A stretch of 42,276 nucleotides of DNA from a virus, in the IMG/VR virus record IMGVR_UViG_3300045988_117550, positions 1 through 42,276 of that record; one strand, 5' to 3'. Below are positions 10,401 to 18,667 of the stretch, one piece after another; position 1 is the stretch's first letter; each line of letters starts with the position of its first letter. The notes below the pieces were generated by a model. The model did not search any database. It was not told where the DNA came from and saw only the letters and a program-made list of their open reading frames with translations. The translations under genes and the position numbers were made by a program.

Positions 10401-12373
10401 AAATGGCACGTATTAAGGGCGAAATGGAAAGTTTTAATAAATTCGCCAAAATGGCCATGGAAGCTCTTAATTGTAAAAACACTAAGCAATTTAACGCTAG
10501 AGTAAAAAAAGACTCTATAATTCGTGATGTAGGAACATATACCGACGCTAACGGTAACAAAGTAACATTACAGGCTAGTAAGGCTGAAATGCGAAAACTC
10601 TACATGGAAATGCAAGATCCTACACTTAGAGAACAATTAAAAAACAATAACGGCTATACTTTCAGGGAAGATATACAAACCACCCCCGACGTAAAAAGCG
10701 GTAATGAGTTGGATATTTTATTTAACAAAAACGATAAAAGCCATAATATGGACTTTGGTATTCTTGATAAATCAACGGAAGAATTAATTGAAGAAAACTT
10801 AGAGCCGGAAGACTTTGCACTTATAGACGCAGAGTTTAGATTCTACAAAGAATATCACGGCAGATTAAATGCTTTTTATAGAGAAAAGTTTGGTATAGAC
10901 ATGCCGTTCAATGAGTTCTATTCGCCTATTGCAAGAGAGTTAGACGGGGGTAATAAAACAGAAGACTGGCTAAACAGGGAATCATATCAAAAAAGTATGA
11001 TACCCGGAAATTTCAAGAACCGTATTAATTCCGATAAAAAAATTGTTCTTAAAAATGATATTGCGGTTATGCAAGAACATATTGCAAATAGTGAGCATTT
11101 TATGGCTATGGATAAATTTGTTACGGACGCTAATACTATCTTCAGTAATGCAGAGATTAGGGACATTATTAGAGATAAATACGGTAAAAATTTCTTAGCT
11201 ATTCTTGATAAGCACCTTAAAGATATAGCGAATGACGGCGTCCAATCTACTCACCCAGAAATGGGCATGATTGCGAAAATGCGTAACATGTTCACGGGTG
11301 CGGCATTAGGTGGCCGAGCAAAAATTTTATTTACACAGCTTACGGCTATCGGGGTATTTTCGGACGCTATTCCGGCTAAAGATTTTGCCGTTGGGGTGGC
11401 AGACTTTTTACGACACCCAAGAGAATGTACAAAAATTTTAAGTGAATCGTACTTGCTAAAAGATAGACAGAACTCTATAAATATGGAAATTAAGGACATT
11501 GTACGTTCACAAGAATTTCAAGCTATTACAAGATATAAAGATTTTAGAAACTCTTTGTATTTCTTTACTCAAATAGGCGACAAATGGAGTATCGTAGCCG
11601 GCGGTTGGGCGGTTTACCGCGAGGCATTAAATCGTACGGGTGATAAAGCAAAAGCCATGGAGGCCTTTGAGCGTGCCGTAGATACCTACCAACAATCGGG
11701 GCATATCGACCAATTAAGCTCATGGCAACGTGGCGGACCATTCCAAAAGGCTCTTACCATGTTTATGTCCGACCAGATGAAACAATTACGCATGGAAGTA
11801 CATGCCGTAAGGGACGCAATTCTTTTTAAAGACGCGGAACATATCGGAAAAGCGGCCAAGACAGTTGCTATTATGCACTTTATATTACCTACGCTTGTAC
11901 AGTTTGTGGCTAATGGTTTTGCATGGGACGACGAGGACCAATTAAAAGCGGCAATACTAGGGCCGTTCACATCAATAGCCGTAGTTGGACAAATACTTTC
12001 AGCGGGTGTAGCTCTTGCCATGAAAGAATACGGAGCCGTAACGGATAATGAAAATTTAAAAGATATGGACGCTTTTGAAAGTTTAGATATAAACATCTTT
12101 GGCCCGATAAATAGGCTGAAAGATGAAATTAGTAAATTAATTGATAAACGATATAAAGACGATATTTCTGACGAAGACTTAAACGAATTTTGGGCTAATA
12201 TCTTTAAAAATACAATTGGCCCTTATATGGGTATCCCTTTAAAATTTGGTTTTGATATTTGGGATAAAACGCCGGAGTATTACGAAGACGGGCGTGTATT
12301 AGATTTAATCAAGTTATGGGGCGGTGTAAGTCCTTACGCGATTGAAGAAAAAGGCAGAAAAGAAGAAGAATAG
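7421..12373 (+). CDS. Giant internal virion/ejection protein (T7 gp16 slot), 1650 aa. It contains a Gly-rich hydrophobic segment and an E/K-rich coiled coil of about 270 aa.
   Basis: Synteny. Composition read from the translation. Confidence 0.5.
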   Translation: MGENDINLEEIDIADLTENGESLPPLPATAPEYNEDPTYNASSENRMQEYIVDDKGDVQNYDDSIDWGSLQPVDESGFSNAQEPDYDSLKPYDVGANANSIWDELGVKKDMGTLTEYRGQLARQVASGKLSLEEAQAMVQRRHGDILNKYGMSEVPEFSFAKFKQNPIRACFGEVAEMLPFYWGGTKKGLAASVATVPGTIAKNAAVGVMAGTVEPGFGNAIGGTAGLVKGVVEGVSSGMLVGTFLESMETEGGNLYMDLREKGISHDTAYGMSLAGGITNALLETASFGIVTAPIKGAAKKAAAKMLWKQIEHNPVAKKGVESVIKKCVTEYCKRVGAEVTTEMLQDVTGNVMTLLAAQADSVEEAKPTMEDWGAILKETGPKTAAAMLVMGAIGTPFDVMNAKVGSVKTNGGEFKPGTKEEIEAHLKDHYEGKEVITGESFTLEGRIQYDEVEMSELEAEYNESQSKIDELSKDVTRLEKKKNRTAEESEQLANTKAELKYEQDYQGLISEEMERTVNKQTQQETVKTRKQELTEKGKKEKLTPEELQELNDIWIEEEKTKGEKEINENTQKARERELNKNIRDLDTKIEKVQKKEDSVRENRNEIETKQDENNKKISELEKENAEIQRALKKTDIEEDVAEMKTTLSKNRELISELKRNNKTLEKQRLKLNAEIENAIAEGEKLGNERASLNEERSQLSEGIINENGKVDITAGGYKNAQLSALAKRLKAMQQGIKRGVRMARREIRDVQNSAIQMIKNSAMSDKDKSSFLTTIRDLNSSEKFAKALPKLINKISELEERHNKKELINYINKMLKKAKPKKGGKTPQGKFNADIQKILDDISVAAKLSETEAYSEIEKIFDSAGDNPLTDEQTAKVRTLYDFGGMNGKKSSELLRNARAIRMLIEEGKIAGQFREQAKKEHKEKILAEAKESIIGDVEPTGNRKKNLANEIKQAFRRFNVISEGWDGLMQIASLHDKDRKLTKLLDVFPSKMARIKGEMESFNKFAKMAMEALNCKNTKQFNARVKKDSIIRDVGTYTDANGNKVTLQASKAEMRKLYMEMQDPTLREQLKNNNGYTFREDIQTTPDVKSGNELDILFNKNDKSHNMDFGILDKSTEELIEENLEPEDFALIDAEFRFYKEYHGRLNAFYREKFGIDMPFNEFYSPIARELDGGNKTEDWLNRESYQKSMIPGNFKNRINSDKKIVLKNDIAVMQEHIANSEHFMAMDKFVTDANTIFSNAEIRDIIRDKYGKNFLAILDKHLKDIANDGVQSTHPEMGMIAKMRNMFTGAALGGRAKILFTQLTAIGVFSDAIPAKDFAVGVADFLRHPRECTKILSESYLLKDRQNSINMEIKDIVRSQEFQAITRYKDFRNSLYFFTQIGDKWSIVAGGWAVYREALNRTGDKAKAMEAFERAVDTYQQSGHIDQLSSWQRGGPFQKALTMFMSDQMKQLRMEVHAVRDAILFKDAEHIGKAAKTVAIMHFILPTLVQFVANGFAWDDEDQLKAAILGPFTSIAVVGQILSAGVALAMKEYGAVTDNENLKDMDAFESLDINIFGPINRLKDEISKLIDKRYKDDISDEDLNEFWANIFKNTIGPYMGIPLKFGFDIWDKTPEYYEDGRVLDLIKLWGGVSPYAIEEKGRKEEE

Positions 12374-12384
12374 GAGGTAAAAAG

Positions 12385-14280
12385 ATGTCAGTTCACAGTA
12401 ACGACAATAGCATTTTAAAAGCGTGCGGGACTCTTACACATTTTGAGTTTGGCTTTAAAGTGTTCAAAGACGAGGACTTAATTGTGTCGCTTATGGATCC
12501 GGGAACACAGGATTTGACACCACTTAAACTAAATGTAGATTATACCGTTAATATCAGTAGAATTGGGGACGGCGGATCTATTGAATTGAATGAAACGCAT
12601 AACGGATATAGTCTTTATGCTTACAGAAAAATCGAAATTATACAACCGCATGAAGTTCCAACAGAGGGGTATTTCCCAGAAAGTACAATCGAAAACGCTC
12701 TTGATAGGGGTATTATGATAGACCAACAGTTACAAGAGCAAATCAACAGATGTATTGCTATTCCGGGGACTTCTGGCTTTTCCGGGGTAAATGTTCAATT
12801 ACCCGTACCTAAAGCGGGTAATACGTTGGCCTGGAGTGAAGACAAAACGCACCTAGAAAATTTTGACGTAAAAGGTGCTAATGATAAGTTTAAAGCAGAT
12901 GTTAATACCTCTTTGGCGAATGCCCGTAGTGAGTTTACTACGCAAATTAGCCAGTTTGAAAGCTCAACCAATACGCAGATTAATAATTTTAAAAATGATG
13001 TAAACACACAAATTACAGAAGTATCAGAGGCCGCGGCTAAAATTAAAGAGTTAGAGGGGGCAGTACAAACGGCAGTAGAAAAGGCGAACGTAGCAACTAC
13101 AAAAGCTGAAACGGCCACAACCGCTGCTACTACCGCAACAGAACAAGCGGACAGAGCGAGTGAGATCGCAAACGAAATGAATAACAAATTTGCTGATATT
13201 GAGAGCTTTAAAAACTCTTTTCCAGCAGCCGTAAACCTTACTACACTCGCGAGATTAAATGACGGAAAGCTATATAATATCCCGTTTGATGATGTTAAAT
13301 CTGACGTTAACCAATTTATTAAATATGAAAGTACAGAAACTAGACGCTCATTGAGATTTAAAGCTAATACCTTTATTAAGTTGATAACAGAAACAGACAC
13401 ACGCCATTTTGTACTATGGAATGATTTAGTTATTAATGTGGAAGATTATTTAGACACAGGCTCCGCACTCATTAACGGTAAGGATTATAGTATTTTCTTA
13501 GTTCCAGACGGAGAGAAGAATGTCGCTATAAAAATCTCATTGAACAAAACCGCGCCTGTTGGATACGATACCGTTAATACCAGACGTATAGGCGGTTTCC
13601 ATACAGAGTGTGCAGACGTTGGAGTAGTACAAGCCGGTAACGAAATGAACAATTGGCTAGCGGGTGATATTATCCCTAATTCGGTTTGGACGTTATGGCA
13701 TAAACCTCTAATTGCTAGTCCGTCTGGTGCAAGATATGTTCCAGAGAGGGACGCATGGAAAACAATATATCACCAGTCGGGAACACTCAAAAATACAGTT
13801 TTTGAGTACGGTGCGACTCTTACACGTTCACGAAGTGCGTGGGATCATGAACTAGACTTAGGCCTAGTAGGTTGGGAGTTCCCAATGTCAATTGACTTTA
13901 CAATATCAGAGTTGGGAATCGTACCTTTAAAAGCCGTTGCGGGTAAAGCTGAATCGTCATGTATAAAAGCTGGTGGCTGGAAGAATGAAAATAATATTAG
14001 ATTAACAACTAGCGGCGGTGATGAAAGTACATGCGGTGGCTTGTGGACGATACTGCAAGAATACGGCCCATGTGGTGAGCAAGGTTGGAATGCGTCAGGT
14101 GTTAATACAATTACATCACCACGACAATACGGCTCAATTCAGCGCTTGTTGGGTGGCGGTGCTTGGGGTCACTCTGGTTACGCTGGTCCGTCTTCTCGTT
14201 GTGGGGCTGACTCGGCTCTGGATACGCGTGCGGATGTCGGTGCGTGCGGTTGGAGCCGTCCTTACCGACCTAGACAATAA
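12385..14280 (+). CDS. Tail fiber: T7 gp17-like N-terminal adaptor, coiled-coil shaft, and a C-terminal domain bearing the DGR variable region.
   Basis: N-terminal FEFGFKVF...L.VDYTV pattern. The C-terminal 113 nt is mutagenised relative to the TR. Confidence 0.8.
   Translation: MSVHSNDNSILKACGTLTHFEFGFKVFKDEDLIVSLMDPGTQDLTPLKLNVDYTVNISRIGDGGSIELNETHNGYSLYAYRKIEIIQPHEVPTEGYFPESTIENALDRGIMIDQQLQEQINRCIAIPGTSGFSGVNVQLPVPKAGNTLAWSEDKTHLENFDVKGANDKFKADVNTSLANARSEFTTQISQFESSTNTQINNFKNDVNTQITEVSEAAAKIKELEGAVQTAVEKANVATTKAETATTAATTATEQADRASEIANEMNNKFADIESFKNSFPAAVNLTTLARLNDGKLYNIPFDDVKSDVNQFIKYESTETRRSLRFKANTFIKLITETDTRHFVLWNDLVINVEDYLDTGSALINGKDYSIFLVPDGEKNVAIKISLNKTAPVGYDTVNTRRIGGFHTECADVGVVQAGNEMNNWLAGDIIPNSVWTLWHKPLIASPSGARYVPERDAWKTIYHQSGTLKNTVFEYGATLTRSRSAWDHELDLGLVGWEFPMSIDFTISELGIVPLKAVAGKAESSCIKAGGWKNENNIRLTTSGGDESTCGGLWTILQEYGPCGEQGWNASGVNTITSPRQYGSIQRLLGGGAWGHSGYAGPSSRCGADSALDTRADVGACGWSRPYRPRQ
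14142..14254 (+). repeat. DGR variable region (VR) at the 3' end of the tail-fiber gene.
   Basis: 113-nt alignment with the TR (offset 199). All 16 mismatches fall at TR adenines. Confidence 0.9.
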
Positions 14281-14290
14281 TAACCAATAT

Positions 14291-14307
14291 ATCCGTAATG
14301 TACGGAT
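14291..14307 (+). promoter_or_regulatory. Hairpin atccgta-atg-tacggat downstream of the VR, a candidate DGR target-recognition element.
   Basis: 7-bp perfect inverted repeat, 37 nt after the VR end. Confidence 0.4.
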
Positions 14308-14340
14308 AAACGAGATTACAAAGGTTATGAGTCTATTAGT

Positions 14341-14453
14341 GCGCTTGATAGGTGGCGGTAATTGGAATAACTCTGGTTACGCTGGTCCGTCTTCTCGTAA
14401 TGGGAATAACTCGGCTCTGAATACGAATGCGAATGTCGGTGCGTGCGGTTGGA
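14341..14453 (+). repeat. DGR template repeat (TR). AAY (Asn) codons lie at the variable positions.
   Basis: See the VR entry. The GC-rich 3' block ggtgcgtgcggttgga is identical in VR and TR. Confidence 0.9.
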
Positions 14454-14587
14454 TACGTAATGCAGCAGAAATGCTGCGGACGGCTGGACTCATACCCTTT
14501 CCCACTAGGGGAAAAACACACTACTTAAACGCCCTTTGTTAGTAGGGTACCCGAAAGTAAGGGGCGTTTTATCTAAAAAGGGACAAC
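14454..14587 (+). ncRNA. TR-RT spacer of the DGR RNA. It holds a GNRA-loop hairpin (14462-14477, gcagca-gaaa-tgctgc) and an 11-bp stem-loop (14527-14569) with a U-tail.
   Basis: Inverted repeats read from the sequence. No coding capacity. Confidence 0.45.
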
Positions 14588-16030
14588 ATGGTAGCAAGAC
14601 ACGGGGACGTTTGGGACACCTTTGTAAGTATGGAAAATCTGCGTTTAGGCTTTAACGACGCAATACGCGGAAGACATAGGAATAAGCAAGTACAAAAAAT
14701 ACTAAGTAAGCAAAAATACGACATTATAGGTAAGAAACGCAAAGGGGAAACAAGAGAACAATACTTAATCCGAAAAGAAAAAAGGATTACAAGATTTCTA
14801 AGGCACTTACAATTTATGCTAAATACAGGACAATACAAAACAAGTAAATACGAAACGAGAGATATAAGAGATCCAAAACCTAGGACACTTTATATCTTAC
14901 CTTTGTATCCTGATAGAATTGTGCAACAAGCCCTAGTAAGACGACTTAAACCTATTTGGGATAAGCAATTTATATATCAAAGTTACGCGTGCCGCAAAGG
15001 AAAAGGGCAACACAAATGCTCATTAAAAATATCGGAATGCGTTGCTAAATACAAGTATTGTGGGCTTACAGACATTTCAAAATTCTATCCAAGTATCCCG
15101 CATGATGAATTGTTTTCAATAGTTCAAAGAAAAATTAAAGATAAAAAAATACTGGCTTTATTAAAAGATATTATATATTCGATAGGCGGTGAAAGAAATG
15201 TGCCTATTGGCAACCTTACAAGCCAATGGCTAGGTAATCTTTATTTGAATGAATTAGATCAATATGTCGCACATGTATTAAAAATTTCGGACGCACCGAG
15301 ATATATGGACGATAAGGCGTATTTTAGTAATGACAAAAAAGAATTACGAAAAAGTTTAGAACTTATTGAAACTTTTATTTCGGAAAAATTAAAACTCAAA
15401 CTTAGTAGAAAAACTGTTTTAAGATGTGATAAAGGCGTTCCGTTTATAGGTTATCGACATTTTCCGGGCTACGTCTTGCTACGTAAAAGAACAACAAAAC
15501 GAATTAAACGTAGAATACCAACTACACAAAAAAGGTATAAGAAAAAGCAAATAACATTAGTACAGTACACTTCAACGCTTGCGTCCTATTATGGCTGGGC
15601 CAGTTTTGGTAATACATATAACTTTCGTAAAAGTACCCGCCTAGACGTTTTGCTTGAAAGCGCAAGAAATAAAATAAAGGAGGTAAAAATGCGCGGTTTT
15701 CCAAAATACACAGATATTGCAACAAAGTATGACGTGAACAATCTTAGGGCCATTTTCCCAAAAGAAACAAAACAATTCCTAGAATGTTTAAAGGGTGATA
15801 GGTTTATTTGGGAAGACAAAGGGGACATTCCGTCAATAGAAGACGGTATTGTTGACGATACTCATAAAGTTGTTGAAGTCTTAATTCAACCTACATGCGA
15901 GGGAGAAAAACCTACAAAAGAGTTACACCAATTAGAACTTATTGAAGATAAAAACGCAAGAGTATTCCGCATGGGCTATACCTTAAACGAAATAGACTCA
16001 ATTATAGAAGAATTGTCTTCGTTGTCGTAA
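14588..16030 (+). CDS. DGR reverse transcriptase with a C-terminal extension.
   Basis: RT motifs PDRIVQQAL, IGNLTSQ (the DGR-type SQ motif), YMDD and FIGYRHF. Adjacent to the TR. Confidence 0.9.
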   Translation: MVARHGDVWDTFVSMENLRLGFNDAIRGRHRNKQVQKILSKQKYDIIGKKRKGETREQYLIRKEKRITRFLRHLQFMLNTGQYKTSKYETRDIRDPKPRTLYILPLYPDRIVQQALVRRLKPIWDKQFIYQSYACRKGKGQHKCSLKISECVAKYKYCGLTDISKFYPSIPHDELFSIVQRKIKDKKILALLKDIIYSIGGERNVPIGNLTSQWLGNLYLNELDQYVAHVLKISDAPRYMDDKAYFSNDKKELRKSLELIETFISEKLKLKLSRKTVLRCDKGVPFIGYRHFPGYVLLRKRTTKRIKRRIPTTQKRYKKKQITLVQYTSTLASYYGWASFGNTYNFRKSTRLDVLLESARNKIKEVKMRGFPKYTDIATKYDVNNLRAIFPKETKQFLECLKGDRFIWEDKGDIPSIEDGIVDDTHKVVEVLIQPTCEGEKPTKELHQLELIEDKNARVFRMGYTLNEIDSIIEELSSLS

Positions 16031-16041
16031 TCCCTTTATAT

Positions 16042-16061
16042 GTGGAGGGCATGCCCTCCAC
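16042..16061. terminator. Bidirectional terminator, perfect 20-bp palindrome gtggagggcatgccctccac, between the RT and the convergent HTH gene.
   Basis: Perfect palindrome followed by T-runs. Confidence 0.6.
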
Positions 16062-16066
16062 TTTCT

Positions 16067-16627
16067 TTAATGGAATAACTTATAACTCCATGAGTTCTTT
16101 ATGTCTTCAATTTTCTTCTTTAGTTCTAAATTTTCCGCCTTTAAAGTTTCAAACTTTTTCAATAAGTCTTCATGCTTAATAGATAAAGTTTGATAATTCG
16201 CGTTAAGCTCAAAATATTTCTCTTCCGTAATTCTAGCACTATCAGTAAGTAGTTTGGTTTGTTGTCCAGAATTTTCTAAAGCAAAACGTAGGGCGTTTAT
16301 TGCTTCGCCTAAAATCCTAACTTCGGAATTTTTTGAACTTTGTAAATTTTTTGAAACATTTTCAAACTCAACATCTTGTATTATTTCGGAATTTGTCGGA
16401 CTTATTTGGGCTGTTTCAAACTCGTTTGAATCATTTTCAAACTGTTCGGAATTTTCCAAAGTTTTATAGCGTTCTATGTCTTCACGTGTCAATAGTGCTT
16501 TTATGCCGTCCGCACGTTCCACAGTTTCAAACTTTCCTGAATTAATCCAGTAATACGCTTTTGATTTCTTCCAATTTAAGACTTTCATTAGCTCTTGAGC
16601 TGATAGTTCTAATTTTTCCATTTTCAA
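16067..16627 (-). CDS. DNA-binding protein: Xis/AlpA/MerR-like HTH at the N-terminus plus a coiled-coil C-terminus.
   Basis: ELMKVLNWKKSKAYYWINSGKFETVERADGIKALLTREDIERY fits the HTH_17 pattern. Confidence 0.5.
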   Translation of the reverse strand: MKMEKLELSAQELMKVLNWKKSKAYYWINSGKFETVERADGIKALLTREDIERYKTLENSEQFENDSNEFETAQISPTNSEIIQDVEFENVSKNLQSSKNSEVRILGEAINALRFALENSGQQTKLLTDSARITEEKYFELNANYQTLSIKHEDLLKKFETLKAENLELKKKIEDIKNSWSYKLFH

Positions 16628-16898
16628 ACTTTCCTAAACTTCTTTAAACTTTTGTAATATTTTTAAAACCTCTTGACAAAAGTATAGCATGACTGCTAAA
16701 CTCATGCATGTTTTGTGAACGATTGTAAACGCAAAACAACGCAACGGGGATATGCGCATATTCTCTAGCGAGAAAATTAAATACAAAAAATGAAAAAAGG
16801 CCTTGGCTAAACCAAAACCTTAATGTATTCGCAAACACATTATACCACGGTTACGCCATTAGGTCAATAGAGAGCTACGCAAAAAATTTCGGGAGGTA

Positions 16899-17453
16899 TT
16901 GAAAATGGCGCTAAACGCAGTAAACACAGAACTTTTGAACTCTGTTTGTAATCATGACATGTCATCATGTCATAAAGAGGATAGTTTAACATCATGTCAT
17001 AGTCATGTTTTGTCATGTCATGATCAAGGTCATGAAGTTATACAAAGATACTCATGTCATGAGTCTGGAACAGAAGAAAATTACAAACAACTTAGCAAAA
17101 GTGATTGGAATTATTTGGTTAGTGTTTTAGAGTCTTGGAGAGTTTTTAATCCGCGTTCGGTTATTAAACGCTATGGTGCTTTAAATTGTTGGGACGCTAT
17201 GATTAGAACAAAAGATTTTACACCACGAGTACCGGGGGCGTATTTCACAAAAGTTATACGACAAATAACGGGTATGAACGGTAAGTTACAAGAAGTAAAA
17301 AAACAACAAGAAAAAACGGTATCCGCGATTGAGGCATTTAAAGATTTTAAGGCGGCTAGAATGTACTTATCATCACTAACTGACAGAGATTTAGAAAATC
17401 ACGAAACACTAATGAATGTAGAAAAATTAAAAAGAAAATGGAATTTAGGCTAA
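16899..17453 (+). CDS. Hypothetical protein with five Ser-Cys-His (SCH) repeats at the N-terminus.
   Basis: Translation and SD (gggaggtattgaaaATG). Confidence 0.4.
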   Translation: MKMALNAVNTELLNSVCNHDMSSCHKEDSLTSCHSHVLSCHDQGHEVIQRYSCHESGTEENYKQLSKSDWNYLVSVLESWRVFNPRSVIKRYGALNCWDAMIRTKDFTPRVPGAYFTKVIRQITGMNGKLQEVKKQQEKTVSAIEAFKDFKAARMYLSSLTDRDLENHETLMNVEKLKRKWNLG

Positions 17454-17515
17454 AGTAATTGTAAAGGTTTCCGCACAACCTATTGAATTTGCTTAAAAAA
17501 TCGTCAATAATGGTA

Positions 17516-17529
17516 TTGTCGAACACAAA
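17516..17529 (+). promoter_or_regulatory. Conserved motif TTGTCGAACACAAA, copy 2, upstream of the holin gene.
   Basis: Exact 14-mer. Confidence 0.5.
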
Positions 17530-17548
17530 AAATCGTAGGTAGTAGGAA

Positions 17549-17785
17549 ATGGATAAGGATACTTTTGTTAAATATGGGCCGATTGCTTTGGTGGTTATTG
17601 CTTTAATTCTTCAATGGAATCTATTTGTAACACCAGAAAAGCTAGAAATTAAACACCGTGAGATATTACATGACGTATCCGAAACATACACTACAAAAGA
17701 GCAATACAATGATTTAAAGGCACAACTTACCAATATGCAAGCCAAAATCGACAAAATCTACGATATTGTTACAAGTAAAAAATAG
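17549..17785 (+). CDS. Holin candidate: one transmembrane helix plus a coiled coil.
   Basis: Hydrophobic stretch PIALVVIALILQWNLFV. The gene sits immediately before the endolysin. Confidence 0.45.
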   Translation: MDKDTFVKYGPIALVVIALILQWNLFVTPEKLEIKHREILHDVSETYTTKEQYNDLKAQLTNMQAKIDKIYDIVTSKK

Positions 17786-18286
17786 GTGTCGAAAATGAAA
17801 AGGTTGATTATTCATTGGACTGCTGGGACAAATAAACCATGTCCTACCGACTTATTACATTACCATTTTCTAGTATCCGAGGCAGCGGAAGTTATCCCCG
17901 GTAAATACAAAGTGGAAGATAACGAGAATGTAAATGACGGGAAATACGCAGCTCATGTAGGTGGTGGAAATACTGGAAGTATTGGTGTTGCTATGTGTGG
18001 TATGTATGTACCTAATGGTGTAAACATTAAGCGAACAGAATACCCACTAACGAAGAAACAATGCGAAAGAACATTTAAACTTTGTGCGGATCTTTGCAAA
18101 AAATACAACATTCCTATTACACCAGATACCGTTATGACTCATTATGAATTTGGTAAAAAGCACCCTAAAACGTCTAGTGCAGGTAAAATTGATATTACTT
18201 ATCTAACTCCGTGGGAAGAGATAGACACAAACAAAATAGGGGACTTTATCCGTAATAAAATTAGGTGGTATTCCGAGCAAAAATAG
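17786..18286 (+). CDS. N-acetylmuramoyl-L-alanine amidase endolysin (Amidase_2/PGRP, T7 lysozyme-like).
   Basis: LIIHWTAG and AAHVGG motifs and conserved Cys/His positions. Confidence 0.75.
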   Translation: MSKMKRLIIHWTAGTNKPCPTDLLHYHFLVSEAAEVIPGKYKVEDNENVNDGKYAAHVGGGNTGSIGVAMCGMYVPNGVNIKRTEYPLTKKQCERTFKLCADLCKKYNIPITPDTVMTHYEFGKKHPKTSSAGKIDITYLTPWEEIDTNKIGDFIRNKIRWYSEQK

Positions 18287-18295
18287 GAGGGCGTT

Positions 18296-18601
18296 ATGGA
18301 CGTTAAAAAACTTAAAGCCGGGTTGCAAGTTATTCTTGCTTTATCTAAACCGTTTGTGGAAAAACTTATAGAAACAAAGTTTATCCCAATGGCGAAATGT
18401 TATTTGTATTCTTCTTTTCAAAAGAAAAAGGACAGATTAGTTGCAAACATTTTGAAATTGTATGAAAAATATCAAAATTGCGATAATCCAGAAAAGAAAG
18501 AACGACATAAAAAAGGCTTATTATTAGGGTTAGACGCTATGGAACAAATAGCACAAAGTCTTATTGATTCAGTAGAAAAGATTAGGGCAGAGATTAAATA
18601 G
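18296..18601 (+). CDS. Hypothetical basic helical protein, last gene of the + arm.
   Basis: ORF with a strong SD (aggagggcgttATG). Confidence 0.4.
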   Translation: MDVKKLKAGLQVILALSKPFVEKLIETKFIPMAKCYLYSSFQKKKDRLVANILKLYEKYQNCDNPEKKERHKKGLLLGLDAMEQIAQSLIDSVEKIRAEIK

Positions 18602-18632
18602 TGTTACTCCTTAAATAAACACACACAATATC

Positions 18633-18667
18633 AAAAACGATAGGGCTGTTTACCCTATCGTTTTTTC
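18633..18667. terminator. Bidirectional terminator where the two arms converge: 13-bp stem aaaaacgataggg/ccctatcgttttt.
   Basis: Perfect inverted repeat flanked by A/T runs. Confidence 0.7.

Noticed and set aside
8230-12096. Several 60-235-aa minus-strand ORFs inside the 1650-aa gene (for example 9853..10560 and 11686..12096), and 12795..13400 inside the tail fiber.
   Set aside because: They are antisense to long, well-supported CDSs, have no SD, and have low-complexity Ser/Leu/Phe-rich translations typical of antisense frames.
7421-12373. A hidden virion RNA polymerase inside the 1650-aa protein.
   Set aside because: No DxDGD-type or other catalytic RNAP motif is visible by eye. It stays speculative without profile searches.
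14018-14542. 174-aa + strand ORF spanning VR, spacer and TR.
   Set aside because: It lies in a different frame from the tail fiber and exists only because VR and TR are near-identical. It overlaps the fiber's 3' end and the noncoding TR. Not a gene.
18296-18601. The 101-aa basic helical protein as the missing DGR Avd.
   Set aside because: It sits after the lysis genes, 2 kb from the DGR, and shows no recognisable Avd-family motifs. Left as hypothetical.
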